NCBI RefSeq assembly: GCF_964188315.1
Contig: NC_135673.1
Coordinates: 39,866,001 to 39,930,000, forward strand
From: Podarcis muralis
Lineage: Eukaryota
DNA: 64,000 bases
Reading direction: 5' to 3'
Under the pieces are notes generated by a model. The model did no database searches, was not told where the DNA came from, and saw only the letters and a list, made by a program, of their open reading frames with translations. A program made the translations under genes and the position numbers. Shown in pieces: positions 11,388 through 23,108 of this stretch. Numbering within the stretch: the stretch's first letter is position 1; every line of letters begins with the position of its first letter.

Positions 11388-12166
11388 CTGGAAAATAAAA
11401 AGTGAAGCAAATGAGTTAAATGTGTCTGCTGTGCACAACGCTGCTGCTATCAAATTACACTATATAATCAGGTTTAACAAACCTCTTTTCAAGGTGGTGT
11501 CCTCCTTAATCCCAGAAACAGAAAAATACTAATTGTGCAAACACATAGCAAGTTGCTCAACTTTTAATACTAGCAAGCGCAGGCAGGTTTGCGCTTTCCT
11601 TTGCTACATCAGGCTGCCACTGACAGAAGTGCTCTGCCATCACAGGACTAGGAAAGAAGACTCCTTAGGGCAGGAGTGGGGAATCTTTGGCCCTTGAGAT
11701 GTTGTTGAACTGCAACTCGCATCAGTCCTAGCAAATACGACAAATGGCCAAGCATGATGGGAGCTGTAGTTTGGAAAGTTATTTAGTCTTTAAAGATGCC
11801 ACATAACTACCCATGGGGAATCTACACAAGTAATGACAGCTGTTCTCCAACTTGTGGAAGATGATCAGGAATGCACAAGAGGGGACAGAGCATGCATGGT
11901 CATCCCTGTTTCTTTCTTCACATCATTAACATAATGTGGAGAAACACATCTGAAAAGGGCTCTGCTATGAGCAGAACATGCCGTGCGCATTATAGTATTG
12001 AACACAGATTAAGGATAAAAATAACATTGTGCAGAGGTACATAAATCATTTAGGGATCAAAACAAATGTAAACTGTTGTGGCATTTAGCTCCCCACCCCC
12101 ACCAAAAAGTAGTGTTGTGACTTTGCAACTAGACAGCAGCATGCAAGGAAGTTTGTTCAAACCAAC

Positions 12167-12256
12167 CTTGGAGTCATAGTACTGATTTACTCCAGACACA
12201 CGCTTGTCTCTCTCCAGCAGGTACCACTGATAGGTGTTCCGAGCAATTCTCTTCTC
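12167..12256 (-). CDS. NDUFA1: NDUFA1 exon 2
   Basis: EKRIARNTYQWYLLERDKRVSGVNQYYDSK, 90 nt, cag| acceptor and |GTTGGT donor; aligns by eye to the known NDUFA1 middle segment. Confidence 0.95.
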
Positions 12257-13040
12257 CTGGGCACATAAGAAATAAGGTGGACAATGTGTAAACAAGAGGC
12301 AGTGGGAGACAGATAACGTGAGAAGACTTAAAGCAAAGTTGACAAAAAATGTGAAATATTGAAAAATTCAACCGGTGCGGGCAGACCTATTCCTTTTTTG
12401 AGATGAAAAGCAGATTGCTCAGCCCTGCTTCCCAGCCTAGCACCGAGGCTCAGATATACACATGACAGACTGTCCTTGTCATTCTTAGCTGAAGGTATGA
12501 TTATCTGGATGTCGTGGGCAATTCAGGGGACAACACTGTGGGGTTCAATGGATGCAGTAAGAAAGCCTATGTCTGAACAGCACTGCTGCAAACTGCAGGT
12601 GTGAGTGAGGCTCGTTTCACTTAATATGTCCACCCCAAAAAGAACTTATTCATAAACAAAGAAAATCAACTAGAGTTTCAGCTTGAACATATTTGTTCAT
12701 GCTTTATTTGTTAATTTAATTTTTATTAAATTTAATAAAAAATCATCCTACTGAGCCTTTTTCTTACAATTATTATTATTTCAATTTGCTTTTTTTACAA
12801 GTCCTCATTTACCATTCTTCTTTATTTTCCTTTTTTAAAAAAATCCTCACCTTTACTAATTAAAACATTGCTATATCTCCCTTCATCCAATCAGAGTTCA
12901 GGGTGGCCTATATGTAACCTTTTATTTTTTAGAGCCCAGACACCAGTTGGATACTTTTCTTCTGCATCAATCTGCCTATCTACTGGGACAGGGATCTGAA
13001 AGGTACACATTTCAAATGGCAATTATTGTCTGTTATTGTT

Positions 13041-13416
13041 AAAGGTAAGAGGTAAAGGTAAAGGACCCCTGACAATTAAGTCCAGTCGCAGACTGGGACT
13101 GCAGCGCTCATCTCACTTTATAGGCAGAGGGAGCGTTCGTCCACAGTTTTTCCAGGTCATGTGGCCAGCATGACTAAGCCGCTTCTTGTGCAACGGAACA
13201 CCGAAACCAGAACAGTGCACAGAAACGGCGTTTACCTTCCTGACAGAGTGGTACCTATTTATCTACTTGCACTGGCGTGCTTTTGAACTGCTAGGTTGGC
13301 AGGAGCTGGGACCGAGCAACAGGAGCTCACCCCGTCGAGGGGACTCGAACCACCAACCTTCTGATCAGCAAGCCCAAGAGGCTCAGTGGTTTAGACCAAA
13401 GCGCCACCTGCGTCCC
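13041..13416 (-). mobile_element. Sauria-type SINE
   Basis: Reverse complement of gggacgc..ggtggcgc.. tRNA-like head, tgcaagtagataaataggtac body, (ccttta)n tail. Confidence 0.9.
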
Positions 13417-13511
13417 ATCTGTTATTGTTAACTACTTTTAAAATATTTATTTTCCTCTCCTGTAATACTCTACTAACTGCCTTAGAATAAACCTACAATG
13501 ATAGTGTAGGG

Positions 13512-13906
13512 CAGTAGTTTTCAACCAGTGTGCCGTGACACCATGGAGTGAGTTGAATGGTGGTCAGGAGTGCCGCGGGCAACAATGGCTTCTGTCCCTC
13601 TTTCCTTCCCTTCCTCCTCTAATGCCCTATCACGTCTCTGCCTCCCAAAGGTTTGTACAGCTGTTTGTTGCAGCAGCCCTGACTACAAGCACCACAGGTG
13701 AATGGTGCCTCTGGGCTGGCCAGAGGAGAGGAGAGGAAGAGGCTGAGGGAACACTCTACAAGGGAGGGTGTTTGAGAAAGGGTGAGAGGCTGCCAGCTCT
13801 GCAGGCAAGGGGTGACATAACTGGGCTTCTGAGCCCCACAGGAGAACCGCAGAAAGAATGTACTTGGTCAAGGGAGCTATGGACTCAAAAAGGTTGAAAA
13901 CCTCTG
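13512..13906. mobile_element. hAT MITE with TIRs and 8-bp TSD
   Basis: TIRs cagtagttttcaacc and ggttgaaaacctctg; flanks gtgtaggg and gtgtagga. Confidence 0.85.
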
Positions 13907-15357
13907 GTGTAGGATATAAATTACATAAATAAATAAAACTTGTCCAGGCCTCATGTATTGTGCCTTTGTCACATTCAGACTGGGCTGCTGAAATGCACTC
14001 TACATAGGGCTGCCATTAAAGAAAGTTTGGATACTTCAGCATCCTGTTCTCACAGTGGCCAACCAGATGCCTATGGGAACCTGAGTAAAACATCACTCTC
14101 CCAACATGTGAACCGCAGCAACTGATATTCAGAGACATACTGCCTCTGACACATGAGGTAGTACATACCAGTGGCTAATAGCCCTTGAAAGCATTAGCCT
14201 CAGTGAATTCGACCAACCACTTCTTAAAGCTATCCAAGCTGGTGGCCATCAATGCATCTCCTGGGAGTGAATTCCATAGTAGAAGAGTGTTTTCTTTTGT
14301 TTGCTTTGAATCTTCCAGCATTCAGCTTCATTGGATGGCCCTGGGTTTTAATATTATGAAATGGGGACTGGGGACGACAACATGACTCTCCCTCTCCCTA
14401 TCCTTATGGGTTTTAAAGCCTTAAAAAGGTTTTTGTCAGTTATTCGAAGGGCTGTCAGTTCCCACACCCAGCTGCCCATTCTCTGAGACCAACCACCAGG
14501 TGAAGGTGAATTGCCAGGCACAAGGCAGTCTAAGAAATAAGTCAAAGTGCTGGAGCAGGCCAATGGGCCATCAAATCCAGCGTTCTTTTGCTCACAGTGG
14601 CTGCCCAGATGCATATGGGAAACCTATAAACACAAACACAACAGCACTCTCCCTGTCATTTCCAGAAACTTATATTTGGAAACATTGCTGCCTCTGACTG
14701 TGGAGGCACCAGAGCATAGCTATGATGGTGAGTAGCTTTGTCCTCCATACATTTGTCCCACCCTCTCTTAAAGCCTTCTCCATGGTAGCCCCACAGCTTT
14801 GGAGTTCATTGTCAACAGAATCAACACTGCAGCCCTTTTACTAAAGGTCTGAAAACAATTTTCCTTTTTCTTCTTGCTAGCTTTCTCCTGAAATGTATTG
14901 CTTTCATTATTATGATTTTGCTGTTGGCTTTGATTACATTTTAGAAATTCTGGGTCACTTGCTTTTTTTCTTCGGTCTCTTAGGCCTCCTGGCGTTTATA
15001 CGCAAGTACTGCACGTTGGATTTGGGGTTGTGCATATTAAACGACTTCTTCAGAGAGTTTCAAAGAAGGCGTGCAATTCACTTAAAAATTTTATTTACAC
15101 CCAAAAGGTTCTCAGGGCAGCTTAACACCCCCCCAACCCCACCAGTTTTAAGAGACTCTCTAAAAAGTCATGGGGAAAGAATGGGGGGAGGGGAAGGGAA
15201 GAGCAAACTCAAGCTCTTAAATCCGTTGTTCATTATCGATCACATAAACGCAAAACAAGTTCTTAAAGGTACAGCAATTCCTAAATCAGCAATATGGGAT
15301 TTCAGAAAAGGAGAGGGGAGATGGGGATTCGTGAGGAGCCGCTTCCATGGCACGCAC

Positions 15358-15459
15358 CTTGCCCCCGTTGGTGTATCTGTGGATGTAGGCGGTGCTCACG
15401 CCGGGGATGACCAGGCACACGTACATCAGGCCCAAGCTGGGCAAGATCTCGTACCACAT
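15358..15459 (-). CDS. NDUFA1: NDUFA1 exon 1 (70-aa MWFE subunit)
   Basis: [34 protein letters not shown], 102 nt, donor AAG|GTGCGT. Confidence 0.97.
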
Positions 15460-15557
15460 CCCGACGGCTGCGCGGCTCTTTCCCTCCGCGACCCTGGCGA
15501 CCTCTCAGTCAGCAGAGCTGCCACACGACTTCGCCCTCAAAGAAGAGCTGGCGCTCC

Positions 15558-15663
15558 TGCGCATGCTCCGCCAACAGCCCTACTATCGCGAGCTTCAGGC
15601 ACCGTGGCCCAGAAGGCAACCTTCTCTCCCTCCCCCGCTCCAAAGGCGTCAGCTGCGCATGTG
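15558..15663. promoter_or_regulatory. Two NRF1-like motifs upstream of NDUFA1
   Basis: tgcgcatgct (15558-15567) and tgcgcatgtg (15654-15663) resemble TGCGCATGCGCA; NRF1 is an established regulator of nuclear OXPHOS genes. Binding is inferred. Confidence 0.5.
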
Positions 15664-15894
15664 CCCCCCGCCCCCCTGTCATGGCCACGACAGGGTTAAG
15701 GGGTGATGTTGCTATGGCGACAAGCCCCGCGGAACGCTCTGAGGCGATTTGTTTGGTTTCTGTTTAAAGGCTCAGTGGATATCGCTCTCCGCCCTTACAC
15801 TATATATCTTACACTATATCTTACAGTATATTTATACCTATATATAAAAGCCACGATATATACTGCAACTGTTAGGTGCCTGACAGGCCGCAGT

Positions 15895-16440
15895 GCATGC
15901 CGGGAATTGAACCTTTTAAAGATGCGGGAAACTTTTTTGGGGGTTGGCGGAGCATGCTGGGAGATGTAGTCTCGAAGCATCCAGCGAATTGAAACGCCCC
16001 ACTAAAATTAGGCAACCTCTCCGCTGGGCGGTGCATGCTGGGAGACGTATTCTTGAAGCATCCAGCGAATTGAAACGCCCCACTAAAATTAAGCAACCTC
16101 TCCGCGGGGCTGAGCATGATGGGAGATGTAGTCCCGAAGCATCTCGCGAATTGAAGCGCCTCACTGGGATGAGCCAACGTCTCCTCGGGGCGGTGCATGC
16201 TGGGATATGTAGTCCCGAAGCATCCAGCCAATTGAAACGCCCTACTAAAATTAGGCAATCTCTCCGCGGGGCGGTGCATGCTGGGAGACGTAGTCCCGAA
16301 GCCTCAAGCGAATTGAAGAGCCCCACTAAGAGGAGGACACCTTTCGCGGTGCATGCTGGGAGATGTAGTCCCGAAGCCTCAAGCGAATTGAAGAGCCCCA
16401 CTAAGACGGGCAACCTCGGAGCATGCTGGGAGATGTAGTC
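15895..16440. repeat. Minisatellite of about 81-bp units, each with a ZNF143/THAP11-type SBS motif, in the NDUFA1/UPF3B bidirectional promoter
   Basis: gcatgctgggagatgtagt (reverse complement ACTACATCTCCCAGCATGC) or close variants start at 15952, 16033, 16114, 16195, 16276, 16351 and 16421; a degenerate copy lies at 15895. Confidence 0.85.
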
Positions 16441-17300
16441 GCGGGAAAGCGCCTCTCCACTGGGTCTGAGCGCCGGGCTCTCCTCTCGCCGGCCGAGGGG
16501 GCGCTGTGGCGCCGTTGTTTACTATGCTGCTGCCGCCTCCGCCGGCGTCCCGCTCTCCCCCTCCGGTTCCTGCGAGAGCAGCGGCGGCCAATGGGCGCGC
16601 GGATCTGGCGAGGCGCGGGCGGAGGGAGGCATCGGCGGCGCGGGCGGGGGCGTTGACGGGCGAAGGCCTGGTGGGGCTCTCCGCGTTCGCAATGAAGGAA
16701 GACAAGGAGAACGCGCGGCCGAAGGAGAAGCGCGGGGCTCCCGTCACCCCGACCGGCAGCGTGGGAGCAGCGGCGGGGGCGGTGGCAGCGGACGCCAAGG
16801 CGGGAGGCGAACCGGACAGGCTGGAGCGCCCGAAGGACAAGAAAGAGATCCTGAGCAAGGTGCGCGCAGCAGAGAAGCTCCCCGCGCGGGGCCCGTCGGG
16901 GTCGGGGTCCCCCGGCAGGTGCGGCGCCTTTCCCTCGGGCTGGGCTGGACTCCGCGGGGCCGACGGCGCCTTGCTGCGCATCGTAGCCCCGTGGCGTCAG
17001 CCTCCCTCTCGCTCGTGGGGCGACAGTTCAAGCGCAAAAATATTCGCGTGCGGTTTCCCCCAGCAGTGCATGGAGAACTAGGCTCTTCGCCTCTCCTGAC
17101 GCGATGGCTTTTTGGGGGTCGGGGGGCGAGAGAGGAGGTGCGGGAATACTTTTAAGTCGCAAGGTTTCAAAAGACGGGTGCGCGCGCGTGCGTTATTCCC
17201 CATTCCCCTACCATCGCATAAACTCTGCTGACGGCCACCACTGTCACCTGCAGCCTGAAATGTCTGTGTCTGTACCCCGAGAGACGATGGAGCGCCTGGG
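16440..17300 (+). promoter_or_regulatory. CpG-island promoter of UPF3B with CCAAT box
   Basis: Very GC- and CpG-rich around exon 1; ccaat at 16588-16592. Confidence 0.75.
16692..16859 (+). CDS. UPF3B: Regulator of nonsense transcripts 3B, exon 1 of 10 coding exons (1449 nt, 482 aa in total)
   Basis: MKEDKENARPKEKRGAPVTP...KDKKEILSK resembles human MKEEKEHRPKEKR...KEKKEALSK; donor AAG|GTGCGC; synteny with NDUFA1, RPL39 and SEPTIN6 favours 3B over 3A. Confidence 0.93.
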
Positions 17301-17355
17301 GTGAAGTCAAAGTGCTGCATTTAGCACCTGCCTGGGTCACTGCAAGCCTGGGCAG

Positions 17356-17534
17356 CAGCGGCGTAGGGTGGGTTGTCAGCACCCGGGGCATGGCAAGTAA
17401 TTTGCGCCCCTAACCTGTGGATTTGCGCCCCCTAACCCGTGGATTTGCTCCCCCTAACCTGTGGATTTGCCCTAACCCCAGATGTTGCGCCCGGTGCGGC
17501 CGGCCCCCCCTGCACCCCCCACGCTACGCCACTG
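17356..17534. mobile_element. hAT MITE with perfect 8-bp TSD and an internal CCCTAA-containing minisatellite
   Basis: TIRs cagcggcgtag and ctacgccactg; TSD ctgggcag at 17348-17355 and 17535-17542. Confidence 0.85.
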
Positions 17535-18336
17535 CTGGGCAGTGTTGTGCAATAGAGGTCCTGGGCTTCACCGCTGACTCGCCAGTCCAAAGGAAATCAG
17601 AGCAAAACGTTTGGCATCAGCTTGGCTGCAGAAGTTGTTGGAAGAAGGCGTACAACCCCAGTCCGGATATGTGCAGTGTTTTAGCCTTTTCTTCTTCCCA
17701 AGATCTCCCACAAGGCAGAGGAGGTTTGGGATCGGGGTTTTCCTGCTCCTTCCCAGCCCCACCTGCCCCTCGCTTCCTTCTACAGAATGTGCAGAGACAG
17801 CCTTCTTGACCATTGGATCCATTATTGGTCTCATCTGCCAAATCTGCTGGAACTTGTCTTCGTAAGCAGGGGAAGTGCTCCAAACTCACCAAGGGTTTGC
17901 TCTCACCTGGTTTAGCTGGCCTATACCAGAAGTGGTCCCAGAACAGGGGTTTTCTTTTCAGTTCTGCTCATTGTATAAACTGGCCTCAGATTGCACCATT
18001 TTTTAATCTCTGTTTTGATAAAACTCTTATTAGGGAATACTCACATTCTGGTCACCAAAGAGCATTATTACTTGCCATGCATTACTATTCAGTAAATAAT
18101 TGGTGTGCGAAAATGTCTTTCATTTGTAACGAACATGATGCAACAGACTGGTTGAAAGATTACGTAGGAAGCTGCCTTGTACTGATTAACGTTATTGACC
18201 TATCAGTCTTCTCTGTGCTGACTGGCAAGTGGCTCCAGCAGTATGTCGGATAAGATTACCTTTTCCATACCTACCTGGGGATGCCAGGGATTAAACGTGG
18301 AACCTTTTGTGTACAAAGCATATAGTCTAGTGGATC

Positions 18337-18337
<1 letters not shown>

Positions 18338-18367
<30 letters not shown>
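18338..18367. repeat. (TG)n microsatellite
   Basis: Direct reading of the sequence. Confidence 0.9.
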
Positions 18368-18368
<1 letters not shown>

Positions 18369-18866
18369 GGTGTATATACAAGTGTGAATCCAAAAAAACT
18401 ATAGCAATCAGACTGTTGTAGGACAGGTCAGCATTTTTTCTTTACTTGATGGAATTAATTACACAGAGATTTACGTGCCAGAAGAGCACGGGCTGCAGAG
18501 AAGCTGGTTTATTATGAAATCTGTGGTAGAAATGTGACCCTATCTAAGGTATTTTCCTTTGTTTTGAAATACCTTGGTTGTCAAACTTAGTCCAGTCCGG
18601 GAAAATGTTCAACTCCCGGAACGGTTCGAAAACCAAGGCGTGGCTTCCAATTGGCTGCAGGAACTTCCTGCACTGAACCAGAAGCCGTGCTGGACATTTG
18701 GCTTCCAAAGAACGTTCACAAACAGGAACACTCACTTCCAGGTTCAGGAGCCGATTTGTTCGACAACTAAGTGGTTTGACAACCCAGGCACCCCTTGCTT
18801 TTTTAAAAGAAAAAATATTGTATAATACACCTAGTTTTTGTAAACAAATGCAACTTTTTCTTTAAG

Positions 18867-18973
18867 GTAGTGATTCGACGCCTGCCTCCCAGCTTGACCA
18901 AGGAACAGCTTGAAGAACATCTCCAACCTTTGCCTGAACATGACTATTTTGAATTCTTTGCTAATGACTCCAG
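18867..18973 (+). CDS. UPF3B: UPF3B exon 2 (RRM-like domain)
   Basis: VVIRRLPPSLTKEQLEEHLQPLPEHDYFEFFANDS; 107 nt; AG/GT boundaries. Confidence 0.97.
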
Positions 18974-19124
18974 GTAAAAGAAACTATAAACATTTGGCTG
19001 TGCTTCATGTAACAATGTCATGTCATAAATGTCTTTCTGTTTTACATCCGTCTGTGTTGTGTATATTTACAATCATCACTCAGCGGCGTTTCCTTATACA
19101 TTGCCATTTTCTGTCCTTCTGCAG

Positions 19125-19231
19125 TTTGTACCCTCACATGTTTTCCAGAGCATACATCAACTTTAAAAACCAAGAAGACATTGTTCTGTTCAGGGATCGC
19201 TTTGATGGTTATGTTTTTGTTGATCACAAAG
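19125..19231 (+). CDS. UPF3B: UPF3B exon 3, ending in a GC donor
   Basis: SLYPHMFSRAYINFKNQEDIVLFRDRFDGYVFVDHKG; 107 nt; the frame joins exon 4 only if the donor is AAG|GCAAGT at 19232. Confidence 0.95.
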
Positions 19232-20498
19232 GCAAGTAAGCCTAAAACTTGGTTCTGTATATCATATCTGCTTTAAAACATGTTGGCATACATTTATACC
19301 GTAATTAAACTGTAATTCTGGAAAACCCATGCATTTATTACTTGACTAAAGATTTCAAAGGACAGCTTATAGCCCAATTCAGTGCATTATAATGTGGTAG
19401 TAGGTACCTTTGATTTTAGTGCAGTTCATCTCAAAGTAATCTTTCTTGGACTGTTGTTTTAACAGCCCACTCCTAAGCACACTTTCTCGAAAGTAAATTG
19501 CACAAGCGGCAATTGGACATGCTTCTGAATAAGTACACTTAGGTTTGTAGTGTGCATCAATAATGGGGAACCTATGGCGCTCCAGATGTTGTTAAACAAC
19601 AACTCCCAGACCCCTGATCATTGGCCATCTCTGCTTCAGTTTATGGGAGTTAGAGTCCAACAACATCTGCGGAGGCTCAAAGTACCCTGTCCCTTGTCTA
19701 AATCCTATCTTCTACTGTACTGAGGATCTACCTTAATCTAATTAGGGATAGCTGCTGCTTTGCACTGCATAAGCAGATGGCTTTGGGTGTGGCGAAGAAG
19801 CACAGCTAGTGCCACATTTGTCTTGTGGATCCAGAGAGACCCAATCCTTTTTATGGATTTGCAAGGCACACATAATTTCTGGTAATAATAACTTTAATTG
19901 TACAGTACTGACATGCAAAACAGAGTTCATTAGCTCTGCATGGTATGGGAGGCTGCTTTAGCATTCTCTACTTGTTCAAGAGTAGCTGAAATAGCACTCT
20001 AGAATAATAGAATTATATTATTTTGATTGCTTGCCCTTCTTCATACTGCCAATTTCCCCCCTCTATTGTTTCTGATAGGATAGTCTCATGTAAGTGTTTG
20101 CTTTTGAATAACCAGACAAGTAGCTTTCATATCATGATTAAAAAATTTTAAAAAAATGATCCAATTTGCCAGTTCATAAAATGTATCAGAACTATTTTGT
20201 AGTTTCAGGGCCAGTTCAATTGTTTTCCCAGGTGAGCAGGATATAAACCATAGTATTGGTTTGGGTAGCAATGGAGGTATTTTCTCCAATTAGCTGCTGT
20301 TGCAGGAGGCCTGGACAGACAGCTCATGTCTGGCAAGAAATGAGTTTTGTGAATCTCATGTCTCAAAACATTATCTTGATTGTGGGGTTTCTTGGTTTTG
20401 AGATATAGTCCCGTCCCCCCCCCACACACACAAAAAGAAAAGGTTTTTCCATTCTTAACATTTTTGTTGTTGTCTTTAATATTTTTATATATGAACAG

Positions 20499-20597
20499 GT
20501 CTAGAATATCCTGCCGTAGTGGAATTTGCGCCGTTTCAAAAAGCTGCCAAAAAGAAGAGTAAGAAAAAGGATGCCAAAGCTGGAACCATTGAAGATG
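20499..20597 (+). CDS. UPF3B: UPF3B exon 4
   Basis: GLEYPAVVEFAPFQKAAKKKSKKKDAKAGTIED; 99 nt; donor G|GTGAGT. Confidence 0.97.
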
Positions 20598-21294
20598 GTG
20601 AGTAGTAGCAGTCGCTGCTGTCATTCGATGAAAATACTTCCAGTGTAGGGTTTCATTTACTTCCATGAGCCATCCCAAAGTGATTTACAATACAATAAAA
20701 ACATACAAAGAGCAATCACACATACAAACAGTTTTAAATGACACTACATTCATAAAATCAATTCATAATGTGTCTGAGGCAAAGTTTCTTAGATACAGGC
20801 CACCAGCATACCATAGTATTGCTCTGCTTGTCCCCACATGCCCTAATTTTTCACCTTTCTCACGCCTAGATCATTTACTAAACTTGACGGAGCTAAGTCT
20901 TTTCACTTGCTAGGTTTAATTCCTTACAGTCTACTTTGTTGATAGTCTCATGGCAGAAATTCCTCCGCAGGGTGTCAATGTCTGTATAGGTCCAATGAAG
21001 TTGGAAATTGGACTTGATGCCTTTTTAGTGCAGTTCTTGCAGAGGCTTGTCCACTTCTTGTACCTTGTCTGGGCAGATCTTTGAAGGGGTTGGGTCATTT
21101 TTCTATTAGCAGATATTAGGCATGATATTGTGGGGGGTGGGGCGGGCGAGGAGCAAAATTTATTGCACCTGCCGTTAAAACCAATTGAAAATTGCCAACA
21201 GAAGAAGCTGTTGCCTTGATACAGATTATAAAATCTTGTGATCAAAGTGACCTATTGCATGTCAGAAGTCCATATGCCACAGTTAATGGCAATA

Positions 21295-21655
21295 AAGGTA
21301 AAGGTAAAGGTACCCCTGCCCGTACGGGCCAGTCTTGACAGACTCTGGGTTGTGCGCCCATCTCACTCAAGAGGCCAGGGGCCAGCGCTGTCCGGAGACA
21401 CTTCCGGGTCACGTGGACAGCGTGACAAGCTGCATCTGGCGAGCCAGCGCAGCACACGGAACGCCGTTTACCTTCCCGCCAGTAAGCGGTCCCTATTTAT
21501 CTACTTGCACCTGGAGGTGCTTTCGAACTGCTAGGCTGGCAGGCGCTGGGACCGAGCAACGGGAGCGCACCCCGCCACGGGGATTCGAACCGCCGACCAT
21601 GCGATCGGCAAGTCCTAGGGGCTGAGGCTTTTACCCACAGCGCCACCCGCGTCCC
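21295..21655 (-). mobile_element. Sauria-type SINE with 12-bp TSD
   Basis: Full head to tail; TSD ttaatggcaata on both sides. Confidence 0.93.
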
Positions 21656-22102
21656 TTAATGGCAATACTGCATAATATTTATTAATGTGATCTAATAATG
21701 TTACACAGTATTGCCATTAACCATTTTTAAGGGTATTACCACAATTTCTATTCACAGTGATTATTCTGTCTGGTTATTAGGGAGAATTTAATGTTTGGTT
21801 GATGCACACTTGCTGGTGTGTAAAGAGCCTTTTGACAGCACAAACCTCTGCATGTCTACCTGGAAGTAAAGTCCATTGAATTTAATGGGGTTGGTTCCCA
21901 GTTAAGCATGTATAGAACTGCACCCTAGGTTGTTGTATTTTACGGGTAGATAAAAACAGTACTGTAGAAACAACATACTTTATTCAAAAGTAGACATATA
22001 TCTAACATGACAGCTGGAGGTCTTGTTTCTTTTAGCTTTACGTGTTATGTATCATTTTTAAGTGCGTATATTTATGGTTCTTACCCTTTGGTTCCTCATC
22101 AG

Positions 22103-22213
22103 ATCCAGAATATAAGAAGTTTTTGGAAAACTATAGTGCTGATGATGAAAAATTAACATCCACCCCTGAGACATTGCTGGAGGAAATAGAAGCAAGAAAC
22201 AAAGAATTAATAG
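22103..22213 (+). CDS. UPF3B: UPF3B exon 5
   Basis: DPEYKKFLENYSADDEKLTSTPETLLEEIEARNKELI; 111 nt. Confidence 0.97.
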
Positions 22214-22498
22214 GTATAAAAAGTATTGTTACACAGCATATAGTTACAGAACATAGCATGGCAGCGCCTAATCTTTGGAACTCCCTGCCTATTGAAACCA
22301 AGCAGGCAATTTCACTCCTTTTTCAGCACCTGCTAAAAATACTGTTGTTTAGACAAGCCTCCCTAGAGGATTAGAAAGTTGAGGTAGTTTTAATCTGTTT
22401 TAGTATTTTAACTTTTGTATGCTTTAAAGTATGGTCGTGATTTTTTCATTTTTACTGTTTTACCTTTTAAAAAATCAATTACTATTTTTGAAATAGTA

Positions 22499-22849
22499 CA
22501 GTGGTACCTCAGGTTACATACGCTTCAGGTTACATAGGTTTCAGGTCACAGACTCCGCTAACCCAGAAATATTACCTCGGGTTATGAACTTTGCTTCAGG
22601 ATGAGAACAGAAATTGTGCAGCGGCGGTGCAGCGGTAGCAGGAGGCCCCATTAGCTAAAGTGGTGCTTCAGGTTAAGAACAGTTTCAGGTTAAGAACAGA
22701 TCTCCAGAACAAATACAGTGGTACCTCGGGTTAAGAACTTAATTCATTCCGGAGGTCTGTTCTTAACTTGAAACTGTTCTTACCCGAGGTACTATTTCTG
22801 GGTTAGCGGAGTCTGTAACCTGAAGCGTCTGTAACCTGAGGTACCACTG
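22499..22849. mobile_element. Tigger/pogo-like MITE
   Basis: TIRs cagtggtacctcaggttaca and tgtaacctgaggtaccactg with TA flanks; an internal second cagtggtacctcggg terminus at about 22717. Confidence 0.85.
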
Positions 22850-23108
22850 TAATGAGGGAAGATCTTAATTTAGTTAGATACATGAAGATGGACAGCATTT
22901 TTATTTCCCTATACGGAAACAACAGAAAAGAATTGTTGTCTCAGCATAACTATATGTATTTGTACTACATTTTGATGAGTTTTGGTTATACATAATTTCA
23001 GTTTTGTTTTGTAACTTAACATTTTCATATGAATATTCTTCTTGCATTATTTCCACAAATAAAATGTGTTGAAATAAATAAAAAAGCACTTTCTTTTACA
23101 TTCTTTAG

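Noticed and set aside
14893-15706. Plus-strand ORFs of 268 aa and 104 aa
   Set aside because: Antisense to NDUFA1 exon 1 and across its GC-rich promoter; no recognisable domain.
15872-16438. Repetitive 135-165-aa ORFs on both strands
   Set aside because: They arise because the repeat unit is 81 bp, a multiple of three; there is no independent sign of coding.
15895-16440. Regularly spaced repeats resembling a CRISPR array
   Set aside because: The sequences between motifs are homologous to each other rather than unique spacers, there are no cas genes, and the context is a vertebrate promoter.
16524-16691. Upstream in-frame ATG that would add 56 aa to UPF3B
   Set aside because: It lies upstream of the CCAAT box at 16588, so probably upstream of the TSS, and homology to known UPF3B starts at MKEDKE. 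CAGE would settle it.
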